The translations under genes and the position numbers were made by a program. DNA of 51,102 nucleotides, filler included, from Jimgerdemannia flammicorona (taxonomy: Eukaryota): NCBI GenBank assembly GCA_003990765.1. It is 2 parts of 2 records of this genome, joined end to end, with 100 filler letters (N's around TTAATTAATTAA, not from the genome) between each part and the next. Parts side by side here need not be neighbours in the genome. Positions count along the whole stretch, not along the records: positions 25,605 to 51,102 come from RBNJ01000825.1; 1 more part is not named here. The stretch is one strand, 5' to 3'. Below are positions 26,794 through 45,807 of this stretch, piece by piece (the first letter of the stretch is position 1; the number at the start of each line of letters is the position of its first letter). The notes beneath the pieces were generated by a model that searched no databases, was not told where the DNA came from, and worked only from the letters and a program-made list of their open reading frames with translations.

Positions 26794-29700
26794 TTTCTTT
26801 AAGCTACTTTAAACTAACTAGAACTTTTCAGATTTAGTTACTTCCTCTTAAAGAAACTAGAACTATTATATTTAATAGTAGTAGTGAATTTATATCTTAT
26901 CTTATTATAATATAGCAGATGTATAACTGTGTAAATATGTTGAATTTCTATATCTTAAAAACTTGATCTTCTTTGACTCTGCAGAGTCCTCAGGATACAG
27001 GAGTGGGTGAGTTCAAAGTATATCTGCCTGTAGGCTTACTAGTTCTCTTGCTTTCTCTTTGCTTTGAACTATTTTGATCTGAGATTCATTTTCTTCAGAT
27101 ACTGGGAATATTTATATAAGTTTGCTAACTATAAGGTGGCTAAGTTATAACTATATTTCCTATAAGTCACTTTTTACAAGTATTAATCCTTGATATCTGT
27201 TAAATCTTTAATAATTATCAAAACTTTAACATCTGTAAAATCTTCAATATTTGTAAATACTTTAAGTTTCTATATATATTTATAAAATATAACTGCTATT
27301 TATAAGGCTATATTATATTTGAGAATTGGATTCAGATATTATAATTAAATGTTTATTCTCTTGATTCATGTTACTAATTCAGATCAACTATCACAACTTC
27401 CTCCTAAATAGGTGATTCATCTCTGAAACATTCTATTTACTTGAACTCTCAAGCTTTCATAATTTGTATCTTCTTATACTATACAATTTGTATCATTATA
27501 TTCTCTCAATAGTATCTCTTAATATGTATATCTAAAGTCTCCTAAAACTACTTCTCAGAGATGGGCTAGAGCTGGCTCATCATCTTTAAACAACTTATTA
27601 ACTCATTTAGCAATTGTGATTTGAGTATAAGAGAGCTGGCACTCTCTGACCTAGTCTTCTTTTCTCATTTCTGACTGCAAGTTTAGTAGCTGTCCCAACT
27701 TGAAGTATTCTTAAAACTTAGTCTGGTTCTCTAGTAAACCTTGAAATGTGAGATTCATAACAAGTATATCTGTACTATACTCTGGATTCTGTTAAAGAAT
27801 TCCTCTATAATTGGTAGTTCAGTAGTACACTATTATCTTTCTATGGCTCATTATATAGCACTAGTAATCTTGAGGGCTGTGGTAGTACTTCATTAATTAG
27901 CCATAATACTTATTAAGTCAGTTTTGATGAATGGTAGTAGAGATGATTAGGCCTGATAGTTTTCATAGCCAAAAAGTTGTTTCTTTTATATCTTATACTA
28001 GGTAAGGTCTTTTTCACTTAGGCTCCAGCTTTCATAACTATAAAGCTTTTATCATATTCTAATATACTAGGACTTTGTCTTCTATCTTAATAATCTTTGG
28101 AGGTTTGTGAATCTTTTCTATATTATTCTATTATATATAGTATCTGTGCCTTGGTTATATAATTCTTGGCCTTCTTTCTGATTTAGTATAGTCTCCATAT
28201 CTCTGTATCTATATATTTCTATACAATATCTCTATTAGATAATAAGGTTCCTTGAGAACTTTCTTCTCTAAACACATCTCTTAAGAGATAAAATGAGTGT
28301 TTTGTGATTAGATATCCTGAAGAACAGATAATGCTTTTGGCAGATAGTGATCCCAATTTTCATAGTTATTATAGATCTTGGTAATAATATTCTTGAGAGT
28401 TTTGTTGGTTCTTTCTGCTTATTCATTTTTCTGAGAGTGATAGGCTATAGTCTAAATATACTGAATCCTGTACTTCTTGTAGAGAACCTTAAAAAACTAG
28501 TTCATGAATTCTGTTCCTCTGTCTATAGTTACTTACAATGAGATCTTGAATTAGTAGATAATTTCTTTATAAAAGAAATTAGCAATTGACTATATATTAG
28601 CTTCTTTAAGAGATCCTACCTTTATCTATTTTATAAAAAGGTCTATAATGATAATAATGTATTAGTTGCCAGTCAAAGTCAAGGGTAGAGAGCTAATTAC
28701 ATCCAATATAATATATGCAAAGAGTACTAATTCTATGTATGCTGATCTAGAGTTTTGATTTTATTAGTCTTATTTCTATTTCTAGTATTTATTACAGGTC
28801 TTGATAAATTGTCTAATATCTTTCTCTATTTCTGGTCACTATATCATTCTTTTTACTTTATTATATATATTTGTTCCTCTTAGATAGTTAAGTTTATATA
28901 CCAATTTTATTGCTTGCTCCTTCTTGTATTCAGATATAACTAGTAGTTTTTCTTTCTTTAGTATTTCTCTATCAGTCTCAAATTGTTTCTATATTTTATT
29001 GATGATCATTTGTATCTATTCTTCCAGATATTGGGGCATCTTTTGCTATCTCAGATAGGTGATAATTATATAGCAGAGTTCCTTATTTATAATTAATTTG
29101 CTGGTTGGAGGTCCTTTGGAGTGTTTATGAAAGAGTGTCTATATTGGTATTAGTTCTTCTAGAGTAGTGCACAATAGTTATGTCATAAGCTTACAACTTC
29201 ATAATCTATTTGATATAGATTTCTTTAGGTTGCCCAGTGGTCAGCAACTAGATGAGAGCTGAGTGGTCTGTCTGAATGGTGAAATATCTTCCTGTGAGGT
29301 AGTAGTGGAACTTCTCTATAGTCCAGATAACTTCAAAATATTCTAACTTATAGGATTCATACTCTTTTTCAACTCCTTAGGTTTCTTAGCTAAGATATGT
29401 AATTATATAATCTACTTTGTCTTTCTTCTAGGCCAGGACTGCTCTCAGTCCTTGTATACTTACATCTGTCTATAGGATAAATTCTTAAGTCCAATTAGGT
29501 CTTCTGAGGATAGGTGCTTAGATCAGTCTAATTTTGAGTTCATCAAATACTTTTTATTGCCTACTAGTCTATTGAAACTTAATATTCTTCTTATTGAGTT
29601 CATAGATTGAACCTGCAATATTGAAGAATTCTTAAATAAATCTGCAATAGTAAGAGGTGAGTCTTATGAAGGCTTGAGCTTCAGTGACAATGGTGGGTCT

Positions 29701-31565
29701 TGAATATACTACTATTGCTTAAATCTTGAGAGGGTCTCTATATGTTCTATCTTAATTGATGATATGGCCAAGATAGGAGATATTAATTTCTGCAAATTTA
29801 TACTTTTTCAGCTTGATGTATAAACCATGCTGTCTTAGCTTCACCATCATCTGCTGGATGTACTACAGATATTCCTCAGCTGTCTTATTATAAATGATAA
29901 TATCATCTATATAGACTATCATCCATCTTCTCATATTATAGTGGAAGATTTTATTCATTATTTACTGAAAGCTTACTAGTATATTGTACATTTTGAATAG
30001 TATTCATAGATACTGTCTAGAGTGATGAAGGCTGGCTTCTCACTTGCTGCTTCTGTAAGACTAATTTGATAGAATTCTGAATATAAGTCTAAGGTACTAT
30101 AGTACTATGCTTTATCTCCTAAGGTTATAAGAATATTGCTAATAAGGGACATAGCTGGCAATCCTTCTTGATAACCAGATTGAGCTTTCTGTAATTGATA
30201 CAGAGACTTGGGGTAAATTCTCCTAATTTGCTTTCTTTCTTTAGAGCTAGTATAACTGATAAAGCCCAAGGACTACTGGCTTCTTTAATAATACTAGCTT
30301 CCTTTATCTATTTGATTTCTTCTCTGAGCCATTCATAGTAGACTAGTGGAATTGGTCTTACTTTTTGGTAGATTGGTTCAGTGTCTCCTGTATTTACATT
30401 ATGATAGTAGTATGGGGTCTTTTCTTTGATATCCTTAAAATCCATAATCAGAATATCCTCAAATTCATAAAGTATCTTCTTGAGTTCCTTCTTGAGTGGG
30501 AATTCATTTTCAATAGTATAGCTATACTTGTTTGTAGTTTCCTCCTTCTTGTAATCCAGTTTAGTGATCTTGATACTGGTAAATACTCCTCTTCTTATAG
30601 ATCCAAATTCCTTTCTTTCTCTCTCTATTTCCTCCAACTTCTTGACTTCTATTATCTTTGACTGAAGAACTGAGAAGATCAACATCTATACTAATTGGTC
30701 TTTCTTCTTGATTGGAAATAAAATCATAGAGTTATAGTTTCTGGTAATAAGTAGTATCTCTCTAATATAATTCAAATTAATGACTTCTTCTTCAATTGTA
30801 ATCTCACTCTTAGTCAGACTACTTCTTGTCTTGAGGATTCCAATATAGTCTTTTAAAATAGTTATCTTTAGACCAGTTATAAGTAGGGTAGTTATCTGGA
30901 GCTTGAGTACAGTTTTTTTCTACTGTAGTGATATCTATTTCAGCTATATTCTTTGACTTATATTCTAGTAGAACTGAATCAGGATGGATTTTTCAAATCT
31001 TGACCTTGATTTCTTCTTCATCATTACTGTCTTCCAGAAGGGCTGGTGGTTTGTCATCCTCTTCCTCCTCTTTATCTTCTCTTACCTGCTTTTCAAGAGC
31101 CTTCTGTCTTTTTTCATAGTAGATCTTCTTAATATTGCTGGTATACTGATAGTAGTTATTGATATACTCTATATAGTACATCTTGATTCCATGGGGACAG
31201 ACTTCTTATAGTATATATTTTTCTGTAATCTTCTTATACCAGCCCTCTTTGCTGATCTATCTAACTTTCCTCTTCTTTTCTGAGTAGTCACCATATAGGC
31301 CTCTTCTTGCTCACTTTCTTCTTCCTCTATTTCAGAGAGTACTTCTTTGTTGATATTGATGGGGATCTGCATCTTCTGAATATTCAGATTAATTATTGCT
31401 CTGGCTTTATAAAGCTATTAATTGCCAATAAGGATATCTTAGTTGGTAGCATTAGTTATGATCACATCTACTAAGATTGTTGCTCCTTCAAACTTGATGG
31501 AAACATTCTGGATCTTTCCTAGAGATGTGACTCTTATACTATCTGCTATAATGAATATCAACTTG
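26794..31565 (-). mobile_element. Degenerate Ty3/Gypsy pol relic: protease - dUTPase - RT - RNase H - integrase
   Basis: Minus-strand relics: protease C-half (DILIGN, ~31430), RT IVYIDDIIIY (~29900), RNase H TDVSIQGLRAVL (~29450), integrase LDVISSLP..GN.YIIIIID (~28680), TIAYHSQKNE*AERTNKTLKN (~28420) and KLEPK*KRPY (~28015). RT-RH-IN order is Gypsy. Many stops. Confidence 0.88.
30590..31005 (-). pseudogene. dUTPase domain within the Gypsy pol, degenerate
   Basis: KIHPDSVLLEYKSKNIAEIDI..ITGLKITILKDYIGILKTRSSLTKSEITIEEEVINLNYIREI..KKKDQLV*MLI..ERERKEFGSI. These are G>A/C>T-eroded versions of the five dUTPase motifs in the correct order (one frameshift). Confidence 0.8.
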
Positions 31566-32340
31566 TCAATCTTTTTGTAATAATGTCAAGAGGTACAACA
31601 AGTTTAAAGGGAGAAGAAAGAACTCCAGGAAAGATTTTTGATTCAAGAAATATATATTTGAGTGAAAAGAAAAGAAACATATGGTAGAAAAACTGACCCC
31701 TTATATATATGTGTAGGGAGAGAGGGTGGTAGAAAAAGTGAGCACAAATGTATATAAAAGCAAATGCAAATATACATTATAGCATAAAGAGTAGTATATA
31801 GTATATAGAGTGCTAAATTAGATAGCATTAAGTAAAGAAGACCAAAAAAAAAAATATATACTCACTATGTAGCCCAAAACAGAGACAAGACATATGGTGC
31901 TAAAGACCTAAGTACCTAAGATATTTCTGTATCTATTGATCTGTGGGCTTGAATGAGCCCCCTTATTCAATATTTTTGCAATAATGTCAAGAGGTATGAT
32001 GAGTTCAAAGGAGGAAGAAAGAACTCTGGAAAAGATTTTTGATTTAAGAAATATATATTTAGGTGAAAAGAAAAGAAACATATAATAGAAAAACCAGCCT
32101 AAATAAGTATTGTATGACCTGATGTAGAAGAAGCAAGAATAAGAAAAGAAGTATTGTGTGATCTAATGTGGGGGAAGTGAGAATGAGGAAGAACTGACAC
32201 CTAAAGAAAAGTAGGAAAGAATAGGCAGAGAAGATAAATTGATACTATGAGCAATATGATATTAGAATAATATAGAGAGCATATAGTACTCTGCATTAAT
32301 GGCTGGTGTTATGAGCCCATATGCAGTAAGATATACTTCA

Positions 32341-33375
32341 CTAATTAACTGATATCATAGACATATGGTTAGAAATGTCAGTGGCTAAGAGAAATGGCTG
32401 AGTGAGGGCAGCCTGAAGATTACAGATATGAGATATGAGCATGTGAATATACCCTTGAAATGCTGTGCTTGACCAGTACCCAAGTGTTTGAATTTTGTAG
32501 TCTGACAGACCCACTGTGGTGGCATCCAATATAGTACTAATCTGAAAACTGTAACTAGCATAGAGAGCCAGATTGAGCCCAATGTGTGAAAGCAGAGACT
32601 GGAGATAGTGAATGAGATAGGAGCAGAAGAAGGGACAGCTCACAGAGTATATGAATAGAGGGGCACCTGCTAGGTTGGGGGTAGTAAGAAATAGAAGGTG
32701 AAGTAGAGATATAATGTATGGTGTATTTGGTGCCATTTTGACAATGAACAGAGTATAGCCCTATTGGAAGGAGTTCATTTTCAAGGCAGATAGAGTCAGA
32801 GTGATATGTATAGGATCTATAATATGAGGATAGAAGGTAATGTAGCCCTGAGAAACCTGGAAGGAGAAATCAAATAGATAATTCCATATAAACTTGTCTA
32901 ATCTCAGGAACTCAATATAGGCTAGAGATATTACTACTACCAGATTGAGGTTGTCATAGTCTTGTAGATACAGAAGGACCAGAAGCTGCCATAAGATATT
33001 GATAGTGATTGGAATCTGAGGATGGGCTGGCCATATGCCCAGCCATTGTTTGATACTATATATAACTTGGAGCAGCTGTTGAAGGCCTATGAAAGAATCA
33101 GCAAGACCAGAGTTGATATGAAGAGACCAAACAGCAGAGAGATACCACTTGATAGTAGTGGATTGCAGATACCATAAGGTGAGATGACAGACCCAATACA
33201 TCAGTACCAGCTTAGATGTAGATAGGGTACTACCAGAGCTGCAGTTACTATAGAGGGTACAGAATTGGAGAAAGCTGTATATCATGAAGAATATGAGTAG
33301 CATGTAGATTTTGTCAGTCCAAACTATAGAAAGAAGGCAACAATAGGTGAAAGTATAGCATATAGATGATACCAA
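32341..33375 (-). pseudogene. Tyrosine recombinase ORF of the Ngaro element, degenerate
   Basis: YLSAV..LHI, PITINIL, LAYIEFLRLDKF, ASYSFQIS (cf. HSFRIG) and LGYWSSTAFQGYI (cf. LGRWxSxAFxxYI). Confidence 0.8.
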
Positions 33376-34628
33376 TCATTGTTGGGTATATCTGCATATA
33401 GGAGGCAAGATAGTGGAAGCAAGAGAGGTCAGAGTGAGACAAAGCATCAGTAATACTATTATTAGAGATAGAGATATATGTAGCATGAAGTTAGAAGATA
33501 TGCAATGCTATGAGGAAATAAAGTTAGCAAAGAAGCTTAAGTAGAAGAGGGTTGTATATAGTGTCCAAGTTGACAATAGTAATAACTACTTAGTTATCTG
33601 TATGAAGAAGAATCCAGTGGAAAGTCCACTAAATACTCTAAGTAGCAGTAGTCACCACAATGGTATAGAGCTCTTTGAATTGAATATTATATAGTATTAG
33701 GGCAGGGGGCCATGTGCTGAGAACTATGATCCTTCATAATATACTCCAAAGTCTAAGTTACCACTGATATCAGTCTATAGATAAGTGTCAGGCAAATTAG
33801 ACTACTTAACTAGGTGAATGACCAAAATACCATTCCAAAGCAGTAGGAAAGCAAGCCACCACTGATGTTGGTATAGAATATATCAGGTAAAGAGATGTGG
33901 AAGTTAGAGTTGCCAGAAAGCAGATTGATGAAATGCCAGAGAAAGAACCATTCTAGTGAGACAATTTTACTAGCAAAGACCAAGGAGCTAATAAGAGATT
34001 GAAGTTGGGGCCTCATACAAGACATCTGTGTAGACCACTGATGAAGAAGCATTATGATAGTGTTGAATTTGCCTATGGAGAGATAAGCTTTCATTATGAC
34101 TGAATCAAGCTCAATACCTAGGAAAATCAGAGATATTGATAGCCCCTCAACCTTCCACTCTTGAATGGACCAGCCAAGGTCTTGGTTAAGGGACAGGAAT
34201 GATTGGAGGTCGGCAGATACTGCCCCACTGATCAGTACAGAGACTAGTAGAAAGTTGTCTATATATGTAATATATGAGAGCCCGGAGACCATACTAAAGT
34301 ACTATCTATGTGAGGAGCTCAGTAAAGAAGTTAAAGAGAAATAGTGAGGAAGATGTACTGAAAGGAGAGAAGTAGTCAAAATAGAACAGACCTGACCATT
34401 TGAAACCAAGCAGCTCTCAATCAGTGAAGTGGATAAGTATATAGCAATAGATATCAGTGAGATAAATCTTTAATAGTAAATAACCTTGGTTAAACTAGTT
34501 GATTAGGGTTAATGTATTATCAAAATAAATATAGGACAGCACAAAGGCATTATGATCAATGCTGGCATTCACTGATCTACTGCTGCAGAGCCAGGACAGG
34601 TTATAAATACATTACCAAGTAGTGGCAG

Positions 34629-40602
<5,974 letters not shown>

Positions 40603-42800
40603 TGACAGAATTTTTCTTAGCCACAGTACTAAGGGGGGATGAGCAAAAGTTGGTAAACAGAGAGACTAAAAATAGACTACAGATCTGACTCACCATGAGC
40701 TCCCACATGATGTCCAAAGTAATAACATCTAGATGGTCTAAAGCAGAACAGTGGTTGTGAGCTAAGAGATGATGCCAAGAGCTGTCAAAACTGAGAAGTA
40801 TGCCTTGAGTGATAGTGGTGATGGCAGACTGAGAGATGGACTGATTGGGATAATATTAGAGTTCACATATCTATATAGCAGAGTGGAGAGTAGTATGTAA
40901 TAATAGAAATCTCTATAAAATAGTCCAAGCAGCATTATGATAGAAGTATAATTGGTTATTAGAGAAATATATTAGTGGTAAGTAGAGGATCATAAGCAGG
41001 TGGAGCAGGTGAAGAAATGCAGATAAGTAGAGTAAGTGGAGGAATATAGGCAAGTGGGGCAGGAGTGAATTTCTAAGGCTGAAAAAGTAGATTATGTAAA
41101 CAGCAAGATTATTAATAGTCTTTACCATACTGTATACAAATATGAGTATAGAAACAGTTCTTTTATTAATAACCCAGATCCTTTGTGGGAAATCTGTTGC
41201 TGGTAATACTATTGTAGGCATGGTATGTAGAATAGCTCACTATGCTATCTCCTATATAAGAGGTTGAGCCTTCAGTGGGACAAGAGAGCTATAGAGAACT
41301 GCAAAGCCTAGATGGCTTGAGAGCAGTAACCAGCATTCAGGGACATTGGTGTAGACTAAGCACTATGAATAAATTGGGGTCACAGTGAGCCCATAACCAA
41401 TACCAGATTGGGAAGATACTTTATTCGCAATCTCTGCTAAGTGCTTAGTATAAAAGAAGATATAATAGTTGAGAAGTGCTAACCAGAAGAATGATGTAGA
41501 GAGTAGAATGAAGTTGGCAGTATAGGTGAAGAATAGAGTAGGTTTAGTGAGCCCAGAATAAGTATTTTGGAGAATACTAAAATAACTGAGAAGTGTGATG
41601 AGAAATGCCAGGACATCTGGAAGATCCTTAATAATAGACAGAGGCCTCTACAGAATGATCCTTGTATCAGAGTTATTGATTGTTTCAATGAATTGAGCCT
41701 TGGGAGAGGAGCTGGAAGATGTGATATTATGCTCTAGAAACTGGCCAAGAGAAGTGACAGAGAAGGAGTTGTCAATAACTACCATAAGATATATTGGTTG
41801 ATATGAGTATACTTGAGTAAGAGATTGATGCTATGAATGATAGTGTGGGAGGTGGCAGTAATAGAGATAGTAGATAGAGGAAAGAACTCACCCTGTGGAT
41901 TACCAAGCAAGTTGTGAGAGCTAGGGAGAGGCAGAGGTAGAAATCACTGTTGAAAGAGAAGATATAGAGGCAATAGCTGCTAATAGAGATGTGGTGGTAT
42001 AATCTATAAATAATTAATTTACAATAGAGATGGTGGAATTGCTGAAAGGATATATCTCAATTATTGAAGTTAAGGCTGGGGCATCAATAGGTTATAGCTG
42101 GGCATATATGGAATAGATAGAGCAGCTTATTGATATAACAGTCCTGGGCAGAAAAATATTCTTACAGCACAACAATGCTGGCCTTGATGGAGTCAACAGA
42201 AGAAAGTAGTAGAGCTGCTAATGTAGACTGCTTCAGAGTAGAAGACTGTACTCAAACAGGAGTCTTAGACATCACATAGATAGAGAGCCATGAAGAGTAT
42301 TGGGGGGAAGCAGAAGTTTCTTCTTCCAGCAGATTTTCAAGATATAAAATCAGAGCACCAATGTCAGGATTATTATTGTCATTAGAGTTATCTTGCAAAA
42401 AGCAGAGCACATGTTTGATAAAAGAGATATTGTAGCAGAATGGGCAGGATATAGAACCAAGATTATGTTGTCCTTTAGATATGTTGGAGGGGTTATAATA
42501 GTATAGAGGACAGAAGTTGATGATGAGTACCATCAAGGTGGAGTATATAGTAAATATAATATAATTAGAAAAAGTGAGTATAAATGTATATAAAAGTGAA
42601 TGTGAATGTATGTTATAGCATAAAGAGTAGTATATAGTACATAGAGTACTGAATTAGATAGCATTAAGTGAAGAAGACCAAAAAGGAAATATATGTCCAC
42701 TATGCAGCCCAAAATAGAAATAAGGCATACAGCACCAAAGACCTAAGCACCCAAGACATTTCTGTATCCATTGACCTATAAGCTTGAATAAGCCCCCTCA

Positions 42801-43490
42801 TCTTATATTCACTCATATGAAATCATTCAAGGATGATATAGATGTAAGTTAACTGTAAGAGGTATATAATATATATGCTCTTATCATATATAATAGATAT
42901 TCTTCAAAAGAAAAGATGTATCACCCATGTCTATCATCTTGAATTTCTTATACAGAACTTATTTATCTCTATTAAGTTTGTTTTTTGTTATAATAATAAT
43001 GATATCATCTACTCATATGTTTATGAATACCACTCCATCAATATAGTATTGAATGTATATGTAGTTATCTGCTTTGCAGTATATATAGTTATTATCAGGA
43101 GATATTTATTGATTTTTCTATTCTACAAACAGGCTGCTTGCTCAATACCATATAATCCTTTATATAGTTTACATATGAGATCATCATTCTTCTCATATCC
43201 TTATGGCTAGCAAACATATAGCTCTGTATTTATGTTGCTATTGAGAAAAGCCACCTTTACATCTATCTGATGAATTTTCAGATTGTATATAGTACCAATT
43301 GCAAGAAGTATTCTCAGTGAAGTAAGCTTGAATACCAGCAAAAATATCTTGTCATAGTCAATTCTGTAATTTTGTGAATAACCCTTAGCAATGAAATGAG
43401 CTTTATACTGTTCTATGCTTTCATCATTTTTGTGCTTGATTTTATATACCCAATGTGATCCTATAGCTTATCAATTGCTCAGAAGGGGTG
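42801..43490 (-). mobile_element. Ty1/Copia reverse transcriptase fragment
   Basis: AIGSHWVYKIKHKNDESIEQYKAHFIAKGYSQNYRIDYDKIF (~43345-43470) and INI*VDDIII (~43000-43025). Confidence 0.85.
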
Positions 43491-44853
43491 CGATTTCTCG
43501 TATTCACTCAAAAGCGGCGTATTTAATGTGTGCTCTATTCACAATTTCATATATATGAGCCGTAATTACAATTAGAAGTTATAACCGATCACGTCGATAC
43601 AAATCTCAAAACCCGTTCAGGAGAGCGATTATCCACAGCTACGCAGACTGCTTATATTTCGAGTATCGAGGCCTCTCGTATAGAAAATATTCGCCATCCC
43701 AAACCAATTAAACGAACATAACATGTTTGGCATTGGCGGGCAGCGAAATGGCTATATGGCTTTGCATTCTTTTGTAGACCTGCCGTCATATCCCCATCTA
43801 TAAATACGCAATTAACATTTGATTATTACAACGTTTGTGACGTGACATTATACACAACAATAAAAGACAACCGCCAACTTACTGCGGGACCGAACCCCTC
43901 CAACAATTACCACATACATCACTGGATTTACTCGTTGGTTGTAATTCATGAAAAGACATACCCTTGTACAGCATAGGCAAGTGTTTTCATCGCAACGCTG
44001 AATCTATCAACAGTTTATGTAGTACAGGAAATTGGGCTTACGTGGTGGACATCTGGAGAAACTATGTTATGGTTCATTTTCATAGAAAAACTAAGAGAAC
44101 TCAGGTAATATATTACACAATAAAAACCGACAATACAAAAAGATAATAAAAACAACGAAAGTAATGGGATAGCTTAGACACTACCGCACGCGGTCGACTG
44201 CGGTAGCCCATTCGGCGAAACAGAATACAATGGCGGCTCGAACAACCCCGTCCCCCCTTCGTCGGATCTCTTCCCGTCCCCTTCGTAAAAATAGGTTTGA
44301 TGTCCTCTTCGCGGAAATAAAACACATTCTTATGCTGCGCCCTATTCTCATTGTCCACACTCGCAATACATAGCGGCAGTATTTTAAAGCGCCAACGAGT
44401 TTTCCCGTCTTGACTTTATTTCGCTATGTGGTAGGAAATAGTGTGGTATGTGTATTTGAAGCTTGGGGCGACGCGGCCGGTTCCCTTATAATTAATTATA
44501 TTTCTGGATGTGACAATGATGACAATCAAATTCTCGGTGCCAGCCGCTTCGTTAAAAACGTCGCTTTGTTCCGTGTACCAGGTATACGCATCCATAAGTT
44601 CCCATGGAAACCGGGACGCAGGGAGAGGGATTCGGTGTACTGCGGCCCACCTTGAACTCCATCACCTGCGCTGTCGTCAGTGTTGGGATATCTGCGGGAT
44701 GTATACTCAAACTTTGTTTACGCGCTGCTGTGATTGTTGACGACGTTGACATGAGTGGCGTTGAATTTCACCTGAGTCAAAGCCACAGAATTATCGAGTT
44801 ATGTCATGCTACTCGCGTCTCGTACCATAAGCCCGAGCCTGTGTGAAGTTTAA

Positions 44854-44992
44854 TTCAAGGTTATGCTTCTCGGAGTTACCAATACCCCAGCAAACTTCAT
44901 GAACGACATCTTTAGACCTCTTGTCCTGGCATTCATGGGTGACATCCTCGTATTCAGTCCAAACCTCCCCAGGCACATCAAATATCTGCGTC
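44854..44992 (+). mobile_element. Short isolated Ty3/Gypsy RT relic
   Basis: FKVMLLGVTNTPANFMNDIFRPLVLAFMGDILVFSPNLPRHIKYLR resembles VMPFGLTNAPATF..MN.IFRP..VYLDDILVFS....H..HLR. Confidence 0.65.
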
Positions 44993-45807
44993 CGAATATG
45001 GATACATCTAATTTGTTAAGTTGACTAAGCCTCGGTTGTTACACAAACGTCGTCAATCTCTGTATTTATGTGAAAGATAATGTCACATAATTAGCTTACA
45101 AGGTTCGCGGATGTTTGATTTTAGAAGTCACAGTCGCTAAAAATCAAAGGTTGTGGTTAGCGATGGATGTGATTTTTTCTGTCTTTGTTTGCGGCAAAGT
45201 CACACGGAACAAGATGTTCCTACTTGCGCGAACTCTAAAATATTACGAACACAACAAACAAGATTCGCGACACTGATCATGTCGTAAAAGCGCGGTCGGT
45301 CAATGAGTCGATAAGTCGGGTAACACGTTTATGACGTAATCAAGTGTCGAGGAACATAATTATCTCGGTGCATGTCGTCTTAATAAACTTAACAAGTTGC
45401 ATAGAATTTTCCTTTTGCATAAAATTGACTCAAAACGGTCCTCTACGAAATCTATTCCCAATAGTCACGCGTTTCCAGCCCACTCACAAAGAAGGTACCT
45501 TCCCACGCTATGCTGAGACACTCGGCATAATTCAACGGACCGTGAGGAACCTGATCTTCCACAACCAAGACGACACATAATTATGTAGACCGCCATTTTT
45601 AGAATCATTTTCACCCTTTGTTCTAAGAACAAACACTTGTCATTCACGCCATACGCCCGTCTGAGCGATCAGCGATCTCCGGGTACCCATGTAATTTGTA
45701 GAGAGGCGAGCGTATCCGACATTATCGCGGCTTTTTGTCAGCGTATCTACTCCGTTCTGCTCATCATCCATATGTTTGCTCGATCTGTTCTGGAGAACCG
45801 ACCCAAG

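Noticed and set aside
27100..27300. Possible chromodomain after the Gypsy integrase
   Set aside because: Too eroded; aromatic-cage motifs are not recognisable.
43960..44760. Short ORFs and splice-like signals on the minus strand
   Set aside because: I could not assemble a coherent spliced frame or recognise a domain.
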